From the NCBI GenBank assembly GCA_002269645.1, contig NIVC01004343.1, positions 1 through 49,458 of the forward strand: a DNA stretch of 49,458 nt. Direction: 5' to 3'. The notes under the pieces are model-generated. The model was not told the origin of the DNA and did not search any database. It was given only the letters and a program-made list of their open reading frames with translations. Numbering within the stretch: the first letter of the stretch is position 1; each line of letters begins with the position of its first letter. The DNA comes from Macrostomum lignano (Eukaryota). Made by a program: the position numbers and the translations under genes. Shown one piece after another: positions 22,851-36,097 of this stretch.

Positions 22851-23633
22851 GTTACTCCCTCTCTGCCTTGCAGGTTGGCCTTCATATAGGTGTCTAAATT
22901 CACAACCCAATTGGTCAATTTTCGAGCACCTAAGCCCCAAATGATGAAGTAATGAAATAAATTAAAAAAGCAGTCAAAATCTAGGATCTGATAATAATTC
23001 ATTAAAATGATTAAAATCAAGTCAATACACAAGCTTCGTAGGGATACATATACAAATACATATATTTTTCAGTTGCAATAATACTACTTAGTAGGCAGTA
23101 GTCAGTAGAAAATAGATCGCTTATAGGCAAAATAAATTTTAGATGCAGTTCTGGCACTGGATTCGGTTTCAACACGCGGAATGCCGATTGGCAACTCATC
23201 ACTCACCGCTACTAAAAGTAATATCAATTGAAAAACGATTGCAACAAAATTGCACAATCAGAGATAAAAACAGCGAAACGCACTACTGCTTATAGTTAGT
23301 AGTACAGTACAGAATTATTGCGCAAAAGGGGGTATTAAACTTGAAAAATAAAGCCAAGAAACTAATAGGAAGAAAGTTGAAAGTTGCACAAAGTAAAATG
23401 ATTTCAATTATTAACAGAAAAATGCCTGAAATATACTACTTACTAAATTAGGGTCAACTAAAACCGAAGGACATTAAAAACGTTTTTCAGTATCAGATAG
23501 TTGATTAATTATGCTGCAATTCCTTTTTCCAACTTAAAAATACAAATATATGTACAGTACATACGGGTACCAAGTGATACATACGGGTACCAATTTCGAA
23601 ATTATGCACTTCAAGATCGATACTACAGGTACT

Positions 23634-26600
23634 TTATTTTCCACGCGACAAACTCCACGAGCTCAGCTGCTTGCGCAGGCGCTTGGCTGACAGTCCGGCA
23701 ATGCTTAGTCGAGAGGATGACGAACTTTTGGGCAGGTCCTCGCGAGCCGCCTGCGGGTGATGGGTGGGGACTGACTGGCTGACTGACTGGCTGACTGGCT
23801 GACTGACTGACTGACTGACTAACTGACTGACTGGCTGACTGACTGACTGGCTGACTGACTGGCTGACTGACTGACTAACTGACTGACTGACTGGCTGACT
23901 GACTGACTGACTGACTGACTGACTGACTGACTGACTAACTGACTGACTGGCTGACTGACTGACTGACTGACTGGCTGACTGACTGACTGACTGACTGACT
24001 GACTGACTGGCTGACTGACTGACTGACTGACTGGCTGACTGACTGACTGACTGACTGACTGACTGGCTGACTGACTGACTGACTGACTGACTGACTGACT
24101 GGCTGACTGACTAAAGGAAAAAACGCAGAACACATTGCCTTGTGAAGTGATATTTCACGATAATAAAATCAGTAAAAAACTGCTAGCCAAGATTTGAAAG
24201 GGATTAAAACTGTAAAAAATGAACCTGTGCAGTGAGCAGCAGTGTGGCTGGGTTAGCACGGCCTGACGGGGCTCCAAAGGCGTTTGTAGCGGAACTCATG
24301 GACGAGGCGGTGGCGGCGGCGGACCTAGCAGCGGTGGTTGAGGCAACTGGCAGGGACTGACAGCTGTCCAACGAGGCCAAGCTGGTGTTGGAGCAGCACA
24401 GCTCAGGCCGCTGCACGGGTGGGATAGTAAAGGATTTCATATTTATGAAGTATTAGCTGTCACATGCATTTAAATATACAAATGCTGCGGATACAAACAG
24501 ACAAACACTGGAAAGTGTTTGACGGACCAACTGACGGACCCAATCAAAGACAGACATTTAGGTATACAGACAGGTGCTAAGAAATCTAGACACGACAGAC
24601 TAACGATTAAGTAGCACTAATAATAATAATAATAATAATTGATTACACCTGCCCAAGGTAGCACTAAGCAGACACACTCACCAGTCCAATCAGCCACAGA
24701 CACACTCACCAGAGTCCAATCAGCCACAGACACACTCACCGTAGTTCAATCAGCCACAGACACACTCACCAGAGTTCAATCAGCCACAGACACACTCACC
24801 AGAGTCCAATCAGCCACAGACACACTCACCAGAGTCCAATCAGCCACAGACACACTCACCAGAGTCCAATCAGCCAAAGACACACTCACCAGAGACCTAT
24901 CAGCCACAGATACACTCACCAGAGTCCAATCAGCCACAGATACACTCACCAGAGTCCAATCAGCCACAGACACACTCACCAGAGTCCAATCAGCCACAGA
25001 CACACTCACCAGAGACCAATCAGCCACAGACACACTCACCAGAGTCCAATCAGCCACAGACACACTCACCAGAGTCCAATCAGCCACAGACACACTCACC
25101 AGAGTCCAATCAGCCACAGACACACTCACCGTAGTTCAATCAGCCACAGACACACTCACCAGAGTCCAATCAGCCATAGACACACTCACCAGAGTCCAAT
25201 CAGCCACAGACACACTCACCAGAGTTCAATCAGCCACAGACACACTCACCAGAGTCCAATCAGCCACAGACACACTCACCAGAGTTCAATCAGCCACAGA
25301 CACACTCACCAGAGTCCAATCAGCCACAGACACACTCACCAGAGTCCAATCAGCCACAGACACACTCACCAGAGTTCAATCAGCCACAGACACACTCACC
25401 AGAGTCCAATCAGCCACAGACACACTCACCAGAGTCCAATCAGCCACAGACACACTCACCAGAGTCCAATCAGCCACAGATACACTCACCAGAGTCCAAT
25501 CAGCCACAGACACACTCACCAGAGTCCAATCAGCCACAGATACACTCACCAGAGTCCAATCAGCCACAGACACACTCACCAGAGTTCAATCAGCGACAGA
25601 CACACTCACCAGAGTCCAATCAGCCACAGACACACTCACCAGAGTCCAATCAGCCACAGACACACTCACCAGAGTCCAATCAGCCACAGACACACTCACC
25701 AGAGTTCAATCAGCCACAGACACACTCACCAGAGTCCAATCAGCCACAGACACACTCACCAGAGTCCAATCAGCCACAGACACACTCACCAGAGTCCAAT
25801 CAGCCACAGACACACTCACCAGAGTCCAATCAGCCAGAGACGACACTCACCAGAGTCCAATCAGCCACAGACACACTCACCAGAGTCCAATCAGCCACAG
25901 ACACACTCACCGTAGTTCAATCAGCCACAGACACACTCACCAGAGTCCAATCAGCCATAGACACACTCACCAGAGTCCAATCAGCCACAGACACACTCAC
26001 CAGAGTCCAATCAGCCACAGATACACTCACCAGAGTCCAATCAGCCACAGACACACTCACCAGAGTTCAATCAGCCACAGACACACTCACCAGAGTCCAA
26101 TCAGCCACAGACACACTCACCAGAGTCCATTCAGCCACAGACACACTCACCAGAGTTCAATCAGCCACAGACACACTCACCAGAGACCAATCAGCCACAG
26201 ACACACTCACCAGAGTCCAATCAGCCACAGATACACTCACCAGAGTCCAATCAGCCAGAGACGACACTCACCAGAGTCCAATCAGCCACAGACACACTCA
26301 CCAGAGTCCAATCAGCCACAGACACACTCACCAGAGTCCAATCAGCCAGAGACGACACTCACCAGAGTCCAATCAGCCACAGACACACTCACCAGAGTCC
26401 AAACAGCCACAGACACACTCACCAGAGTTCAATCAGCCAGAGACGACACTCACCAGAGTCCAATCAGCCACAGACACACTCACCAGAGTTCAATCAGCCA
26501 CAGACACACTCACCAGAGTCCAATCAGCCACAGACACACTCACCAGAGTCCAATCAGCCACAGACACACTCACCAGAGTCCAATCAGCCACAGACACACT

Positions 26601-29600
26601 CACCAGAGTCCAATCAGCCACAGACACACTCACCGTAGTTCAATCAGCCACAGACACACTCACCAGAGTCCAATCAGCCATAGACACACTCACCAGAGTC
26701 CAATCAGCCACAGACACACTCACCAGAGTTCAATCAGCCACAGACACACTCACCAGAGTCCAATCAGCCACAGACACACTCACCAGAGTTCAATCAGCCA
26801 CAGACACACTCACCAGAGTCCAATCAGCCACAGACACACTCACCAGAGTCCAATCAGCCACAGATACACTCACCAGAGTCCAATCAGCCACAGACACACT
26901 CACCAGAGTCCAATCAGCCACAGACACACTCACCAGAGTCCAATCAGCCACAGACACACTCACCAGAGTTCAATCAGCGACAGACACACTCACCAGAGTC
27001 CAATCAGCCACAGACACACTCACCAGAGTCCAATCAGCCACAGACACACTCACCAGAGTCCAATCAGCCACAGATACACTCACCAGAGTCCAATCAGCCA
27101 CAGACACACTCACCAGAGTCCAATCAGCCACAGACACACTCACCAGAGTCCAATCAGCCACAGATACACTCACCAGAGTCCAATCAGCCACAGACACACT
27201 CACCAGAGTCCAATCAGCCACAGACACACTCACCAGAGTCCAATCAGCCACAGACACACTCACCAGAGTCCAATCAGCCACAGACACACTCACCAGAGTC
27301 CAATCAGCCACAGATACACTCACCAGAGTCCAATCAGCCACAGACACACTCACCAGAGTCCAATCAGCCACAGACACACTCACCAGAGTCCAATCAGCCA
27401 GAGACGACACTCACCAGAGTCCAATCAGCCACAGACACACTCACCAATCCAATCAGCCACAGACACACTCACCAGAGTCCAATCAGCCACAGACACACTC
27501 ACCAGAGTCCAATCAGCCACAGACACACTCACCAGAGTCCAATCAGCCAGAGACGACACTCACCAGAGTCCAATCAGCCACAGACACACTCACCAGAGTC
27601 CAAACAGCCACAGACACACTCACCAGAGTTCAATCAGCCAGAGACGACACTCACCAGAGTCCAATCAGCCACAGACACACTCACACAGAGTCAATCAGCC
27701 ACAGACACACTCACCAGAGTCCAATCAGCCACAGACACACTCACCAGAGTCCAATCAGCCACAGACACACTCACCAGAGTCCAATCAGCCACAGACACAC
27801 TCACCAGAGTCCAATCAGCCACAGACACACTCACCAGTAGTTCAATCAGCCACAGACACACTCACCAGAGTCCAATCAGCCATAGACACACTCACCAGAG
27901 TCCAATCAGCCACAGACACACTCACCAGAGTTCAATCAGCCACAGACACACTCACCAGAGTCCAATCAGCCACAGACACACTCACCAGAGTTCAATCAGC
28001 CACAGACACACTCACCAGAGTCCAATCAGCCACAGACACACTCACCAGAGTCCAATCAGCCACAGATACACTCACCAGAGTCCAATCAGCCACAGACACA
28101 CTCACCAGAGTCCAATCAGCCACAGACACACTCACCAGAGTCCAATCAGCCACAGACACACTCACCAGAGTCCAATCAGCCACAGACACACTCACCAGAG
28201 TCCAATCAGCCACAGACACACTCACCAGAGTCCAATCAGCCACAGACACACTCACCAGAGTCCAATCAGCCACAGACACACTCACCAGAGTCCAATCAGC
28301 CACAGACACACTCACCAGAGTCCAATCAGCCACAGACACACTCACCAGAGTCCAATCAGCCACAGATACACTCACCAGAGTCCAATCAGCCACAGACACA
28401 CTCACCAGAGTCCAATCAGCCACAGACACACTCACCAGAGTCCAATCAGCCACAGACACACTCACCAGAGTCCAATCAGCCACAGACACACTCACCAGAG
28501 TCCAATCAGCCACAGACACACTCACCAGAGTCCAATCAGCCACAGACACACTCACCAGAGTCCAATCAGCCACAGACACACTCACCAGAGTCCAATCAGC
28601 CACAGACACACTCACCAGAGTCCAATCAGCCACAGACACACTCACCAGAGTCAATCAGCCACAGACACACTCACCAGAGTCCAATCAGCCACAGACACAC
28701 TCACCAGAGTCCAATCAGCCACAGACACACTCACCAGAGTCCAATCAGCCACAGACACACTCACCAGAGTCCAATCAGCCACAGACACACTCACCAGAGT
28801 CCAATCAGCCACAGACACACTCACCAGAGTCCAATCAGCCACAGACACACTCACCAGAGTCCAATCAGCCACAGACACACTCACCAGTAGTTCAATCAGC
28901 CACAGACACACTCACCAGAGTCCAATCAGCCATAGACACACTCACCAGAGTCCAATCAGCCACAGACACACTCACCAGAGTCCAATCAGCCACAGATACA
29001 CTCACCAGAGTCCAATCAGCCACAGACACACTCACCAGAGTTCAATCAGCCACAGACACACTCACCAGAGTCCAATCAGCCACAGACACACTCACCAGAG
29101 TCCATTCAGCCACAGACACACTCACCAGAGACCAATCAGCCACAGACACACTCACCAGAGTCCAATCAGCCAGAGACGACACTCACCAGAGTCCAATCAG
29201 CCACAGACACACTCACCAGAGTCCAATCAGCCACAGACACACTCACCAGAGTTCAATCAGCCAGAGACGACACTCACCAGAGTCCAATCAGCCACAGACA
29301 CACTCACCAGAGTTCAATCAGCCACAGACACACTCACCAGAGTCCAATCAGCCACAGACACACTCACCAGAGTCCAATCAGCCACAGACACACTCACCAG
29401 AGTCCAATCAGCCACAGACACACTCACCAGAGTCCAATCAGCCACAGACACACTCACCAGTAGTTCAATCAGCCACAGACACACTCACCAGAGTCCAATC
29501 AGCCATAGACACACTCACCAGAGTCCAATCAGCCACAGACACACTCACCAGAGTTCAATCAGCCACAGACACACTCACCAGAGTCCAATCAGCCACAGAC

Positions 29601-32600
29601 ACACTCACCAGAGTTCAATCAGCCACAGACACACTCACCAGAGTCCAATCAGCCACAGACACACTCACCAGAGTCCAATCAGCCACAGACACACTCACCA
29701 GAGTCCAATCAGCCACAGACACACTCACCAGAGTCCAATCAGCCACAGACACACTCACCAGAGTCCAATCAGCCACAGACACACTCACCAGACTTCAATC
29801 AGCCACAGACACACTCACCAGAGTCCAATCAGCCAGAGACACACTCACCAGAGTCCAATCAGCCACAGACACACTCACCAGAGTCCAATCAGCCACAGAT
29901 ACACTCACCAGAGTCCAATCAGCCACAGACACACTCACCAGAGTCCAATCAGCCACAGACACACTCACCAGAGTCCAATCAGCCACAGATACACTCACCA
30001 GAGTCCAATCAGCCACAGACACACTCACCAGAGTCCAATCAGCCACAGACACACTCACCAGAGTCCAATCAGCCACAGACACACTCACCAGAGTCCAATC
30101 AGCCACAGACACACTCACCAGAGTCCAATCAGCCACAGACACACTCACCAGAGTCCAATCAGCCACAGACACACTCACCAGAGTCCAATCAGCCACAGAC
30201 ACACTCACCAGAGTCCAATCAGCCACAGACACACTCACCAGAGTCCAATCAGCCACAGACACACTCACCAGAGTCCAATCAGCCACAGACACACTCACCA
30301 GAGTCCAATCAGCCACAGACACACTCACCAGAGTCCAATCAGCCACAGACACACTCACCAGAGTCCAATCAGCCACAGACACACTCACCAGAGTCCAATC
30401 AGCCACAGACACACTCACCAGAGTCCAATCAGCCACAGACACACTCACCAGAGTCCAATCAGCCACAGACACACTCACCAGAGTCCAATCAGCCACAGAC
30501 ACACTCACCAGAGTCCAATCAGCCACAGACACACTCACCAGAGTCCAATCAGCCACAGACACACTCACCAGAGTCCAATCAGCCACAGACACACTCACCA
30601 GAGTTCAATCAGCCACAGACACACTCACCAGAATCAGCCACAGACACACTCACCAGAGTCAATCAGCCACAGACACACTCACCAGAGTCCAATCAGCCAC
30701 AGACACACTCACCAGAGTCCAATCAGCCACAGACACACTCACCAGAGTCCAATCAGCCACAGACACACTCACCAGAGACCAATCAGCCACAGACACACTC
30801 ACCAGAGTCCAATCAGCCACAGATACACTCACCAGAGTCCAATCAGCCACAGACACACTCACCAGAGTCCAATCAGCCACAGACACACTCACCAGAGACC
30901 AATCAGCCACAGACACACTCACCAGAGTCCAATCAGCCACAGACACACTCACCAGAGTCCAATCAGCCAGAGACGACACCCGATGCTGCGGCTTGCCGCA
31001 GGTCGCAGAGCCAGCAGCCGAGGCTGCAGCGGTCCGTCTGGCCGCAGCGGCGGCAGCAGCAGACGGCCTGCCAGCCAGCCGGAAACTCTGCCTGAGGCCG
31101 CTCAATCCGCGACGGAGCGATGCGCCCAGACCGGCTGTGCGGGATTTGCGAGCAGCAAGCGGCTGCCGCTGCGGGGTGGCCGCTAGCGGCGGCGGAGGCA
31201 GCGGAGACAGAAAGACAGAGTCCTGCTGCTGCTTCGGAGTCTATTAAGATAATATTTATTATTTTTGTTTTCAAGGCATGGAAATCAGGTAAATAAAAGC
31301 ATGTTAGCGCAGGTATAAAATGGGTAAATAAAAATGTAAGATTTTTTTTCAAGTTTTGTGTTGACTTTTCAGCTTTCCTTCACTTACAGAGTTCCCTCTT
31401 TCCTCCCCTTCTCTCCTATCTTTCCCCCCTTCTCTCTCCTCTTTCCCCCTTCTCTCCCCTCTTTCCTCTCCTTCTCTCCCCTCCTCCCCTTCTCTCCCCT
31501 CTTTCCTCCCCTTCTCTCCCCTCTTTCCTCTCCTTCTCTCCCCTCTTCCCCCCCTCTCCCCTCTTTCCTCTCCTTCTCTCCCCTCTTCCCCCCTCTCCCT
31601 CTTTCCCCCTTCTCTCCCCTCTTTCCTCTCCTTCTCTCCCCTCTCCCCCCCCTCTCCCCTCTTTCCTCCCCTTCTCTCCCCTCTTTCCTCCCCTTCTCTC
31701 CCCTCTTTCCTCCCCTTCTCTCCCATCTTTCCTCCTCTTCTCTCTCCTCTTTTCTCCCCTTCTCTCCCCTCTTTCCTCCCCTTCTCTCCCCTCTTTCCTC
31801 CCATTCTCTCCCTCTTTCCTCCCCTTCTCTCTCTCCTCTTTCCTCCCCTTCTCTCCCCTCTTTCCTCCCCTTCTCTCTCTCCTCTTTCCTGCCCTTCTCT
31901 CCCCTCTTTCCTCCCCTTCTCTCCCCTCTTTCCTCCCCTTCTCTCCCCTCTTTCCTCCCCTTCTCTCCCATCTTTCCTCCTCTTCTCTCTCCTCTTTCCT
32001 CCCCTTCTCTCCCCTCTTTCCTCCCCTTCTCTCCCCTCTTTCCTCCCCTTCTCTCCCCTCTTTCCTCCCCTTCTCTCTCTCCTCTTTCCTCCCCTTCTCT
32101 CTCCTCTTTCCTCTCCTTCTCTCTTCTTTTCTCCCCTTCTCTCCCCTCTTTCCTCCCCTTCTCTCCCCTCTTTCCTCCCCTTCTCTCCCCTCTTTCCTCC
32201 CCTTCTCTCTCTCCTCTTTCCTCCCCTTCTCTCTCCTCTTTCCTCTCCTTCTCTCTTCTTTTCTCCCTTCTCTCTTCTTTCCTCCCCTTCTCTCTTCTTT
32301 CCTCTTCTTCTCTCCCCTCTTTCCTCCCCTTCTCTCCCCTCTTTTTTCCCTCTCTTCTCTCTCTTTTTCTCATTTCTGTCTTAATTTTCCTTTCTACAGC
32401 ATCCATCCTATTGTCCCATTTTTGTCTAGACCTATTTTCTCCCCCATTTTTATAACTTGAGCACAAAAAAGCCGCACACACCGTCACCAAAATAGAGGAT
32501 TGGTTTGAATAATAAAAAAACTGCAATGTACAGAAAATGGCTACAACAGTCTGTGATGAATAAACAAAAAATCAAACCTTAGCAACCGCAGCTGCACCGG

Positions 32601-34993
32601 TATCGGCACCAGCAAAGCTAGTATGATGCTGGTGCTCTTCATCAAAGCCAGGAGCTCTAGCTGGCGAGTCGGGACAAGGCGAATCGCCCAGCACCGACGA
32701 GTCATGCCCGCTAGCCTGCTGACTATTCGACACTGAGTGCTGCTGCTGCAGGGCAGCCGATACAGCCCTAGTCAGAGTTCGCCTCGGAGTTCGATTCGAC
32801 AAGGCTCGAGTCACGCGTTTACCGAATCGACGAGCTTTAGCGCTTAACTGATGCTGCCGATCAAATACGCCGTTAGTTTCGACACGGAGCTCGTCAACAT
32901 CGACGCGAGCGAAATACGAGTCGACAGACTCGGCCGAGCACGTTGCGGCGCAGATCTGAGCGCAGACGGAGCGCAGAAATGCAGGCTTATCCGCTGAGCC
33001 AATCAGAGCAAAGGACAGTACGAATAGTTCCCCAGATTCTGCTGACCGACACACGAAAGCGAATAATCGACGGATGTCGCTGGGATCCCGATCGTCGGTT
33101 AGGCTGCAGACTCGGCGAACTCGGCTGAGATGGAGCAGCTCCAGGTGACGGTATTGCCGCTTTGGTGGCTTCAGAGCGCTGCTCGATGGCTTGCCGGTGT
33201 GGCTACCGCCTGCGGCGGCTGAGGCTGAGGCGGCCGCACTGCTGCTGGCACCGTTCTTGCGCTGCTTGGAGATCTGAGAGTTGGTGCAAACTAAATATGA
33301 ACTCGGATATATGAGCACACCCTACTCAGATAAATGAGCACACCCTACTCAGATATATGAGCACACCCTACTCAGATATATGAGCACACTCAACTCAGAT
33401 ATATAAGCACACCCTACTCAGATATATGAGCACACCCTACTCAAATATATGAGCACACCCTACTCAGATATATGAGCACACCCTACTCAGATATATGAGC
33501 ACACCCTACTCAGATATATGAGCACACTCTACTCAGATATATAAACACACCCTACTCAGATATATGAGCACACCCTACTCAAATATATGAGCACACCCTA
33601 CTCAGATATATGAGCACACCCTACTCAAATATGAGAAAAACCTACTCAGATATATGAGCACACCCTACTCAAATATGAGCACACCCTACTCAGATATATG
33701 AGCACACCCTACTCAAATATGAGCACACCCTACTCAGATATATGAGCACACCCTACTCAGATATATGAGCACACCCTACTCAGATATATGAGCACACCCT
33801 ACTCAGATATATGAGCACACCCTACTCAGATATATGAGCACACACACCCCACTCAGATATATGAGCACACACACCCTACTCCAATATGAGCACACACACC
33901 CTACTCCAATATGAGCACACACACCCTAAGGGCCTACTCCAATATGAGCACACAACCTATACTCTAATATGAGCACACAACCTACTCTAATATGAGCACA
34001 CAACCTACTCTAATATGAGCACACACCCTACTCCAATATGAGCACACACACCCTACTCCAATATGAGCACACACACCCTACTCTGATATGAGCACCCAGG
34101 TCAATATATCATACCTGCAGATGATCATTAAATAGCAGCAGAGACAAGAAGCTACCAGCCCCAGCCAGAGGCCGATAGCCAGACGAACCATTAGCCAATT
34201 CAATAGCATCAACCCGATCGATAATAACCCGATGCGAGGACAATAGCGAAGGCGGGCAATTTTCAATATCGTTAATAATATCAAACATAGCTAATTGAGA
34301 ATCCGTAGTACGTTTCTCTTCGTTAATATGATCGAGAGCTTTGCGTACAACCGCCAATGCTTGCTGCAGTCCGGCATGATCTGGACTGTCCTCATTAGTA
34401 ACCTTGAGCATGTCGCCCAGCAACAGAGTGACCGACGGCAGCCGCTGCACCGGCCGAATTAGCAGCTCCTTCAAGGACTGCCTCAGGCACTCTTTCCGAC
34501 TTAGGCACAATCGTAGATAAGCGCGAAACCTGGGATCTCGCTGCTCCCAACGGGCCATCTCTTCTTTGGCTTGTTCAACAAAATTTACAAATGGTGGATA
34601 CACTTGGCTGAGCTGGTCGGCCCGGTCTGTGAACACTTTGCCTACCTGACAGGTGTCTGACCAGTTCTCTGTGAGGCGCTGCGGGATTGATAGATTATAT
34701 GAGCTGGCTCTGATTTAGTATAGATTTCAAGTGCTTAGGTGTGCCTGGTCAGCTTATTATAGGTTCTATGTACCTGTCTGTCTGTCTATCTTAGTGTCTG
34801 GCTGTCCCGTTTATCTGTCATAATGTACTGCTGTCTGTTTGCCATTCTGTCTTACTGTATGCCTGCCTGTCTATCTGCCTGTGTGTCTGTCAGTCTGCGT
34901 TTATGTGTCTGTCTGTCTGTCTGTGTGTATGTGTCTGTCTGTCTGTGTGTATGTGTCTGTCTGTCTGCGTGTATGTGTCTGTCTGTCTATATG

Positions 34994-35052
<59 letters not shown>

Positions 35053-35059
35053 GTGTATG

Positions 35060-35098
<39 letters not shown>

Positions 35099-35466
35099 GT
35101 GTATGTGTCTGTCTGTGTGTTATGTGTCTGTCTGTGTGTATGTGTCTGTCTGTGTGTATGTGTCTGTCTGTCTGTCTATATGTGTCTGTCTGTCTGTCTG
35201 TCTGTCTGTCTTGTGTGTATGTGTCTGTCTGTCTGTCTATATGTGTCTGTCTGTCTGTCTGTCTGTGTGTATGTCTCTGTCTGTGTGTATGTCTGTCTGT
35301 GTGTCTGTCTTAGTGTCTGTCTGTCTGTCTTGTGTGTATGTGTCTGTCTGTCTGTCTATGTGTCTGTCTGTCTGTCTGTCTGTCTGTGTGTATGTCTCTG
35401 TCTGTGTGTACGTCTCTGTCTGTGTGTATGTCTCTGTCTGTGTGTATGTGTCTGTCTGTCTATATG

Positions 35467-35505
<39 letters not shown>

Positions 35506-36050
35506 GTGTCTGTCTTAGTGTCTGTCTGTCTGTCTGTCTTGTGTGTATGTGTCTGTCTGTCTGTCTATATGTGTCTGTCTGTCTGTCTGTCTGTCTGTGT
35601 GTATGTCTCTGTCTGTGTGTATGTGTCTGTCTGTCTATATGTGTCTGTCTGTCTGTGTGTATGTCTGTCTGTCTGTGTGTATGTGTCTGTCTGTCATAAT
35701 GTATGTCTATTTATATGTCTGTCTCCCTGTCTTTATGTATGTTTGTCCGTATCTGCCTATCTTCATTAGTGTCTGTCTGTCTATATGTGTCTGTCTGTCT
35801 GTCTGTCTGTGTGTATGTCTCTGTCTGTGTGTATGTGTCTGTCTGTCTATATGTGTCTGTCTGTCTGTCTGTCTGTCTGTGTGTCTGTCTTAGTGTCTGT
35901 CTGTCTGTCTGTCTTGTGTGTATGTGTCTGTCTGTCTGTCTATGTGTCTGTCTGTCTGTCTGTCTGTCTGTGTGTATGTCTCTGTCTGTGTGTACGTCTC
36001 TGTCTGTGTGTATGTCTCTGTCTGTGTGTATGTGTCTGTCTGTCTATATG

Positions 36051-36097
<47 letters not shown>

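Noticed and set aside
22376-23032. 218-aa ORF with (GISELTFCPT)n
   Set aside because: Arises from the 30-bp minisatellite; non-ATG-like context and AT-rich non-coding flanks.
24639-31247. 2202-aa ORF ([10 protein letters not shown] / [10 protein letters not shown] / [10 protein letters not shown] repeats)
   Set aside because: It starts at a TTG. The 30-bp unit is stop-free in all three + frames, so the ORF drifts between frames at indels. It is antisense to ECT2 intron 6 and exon 6. Satellite artefact.
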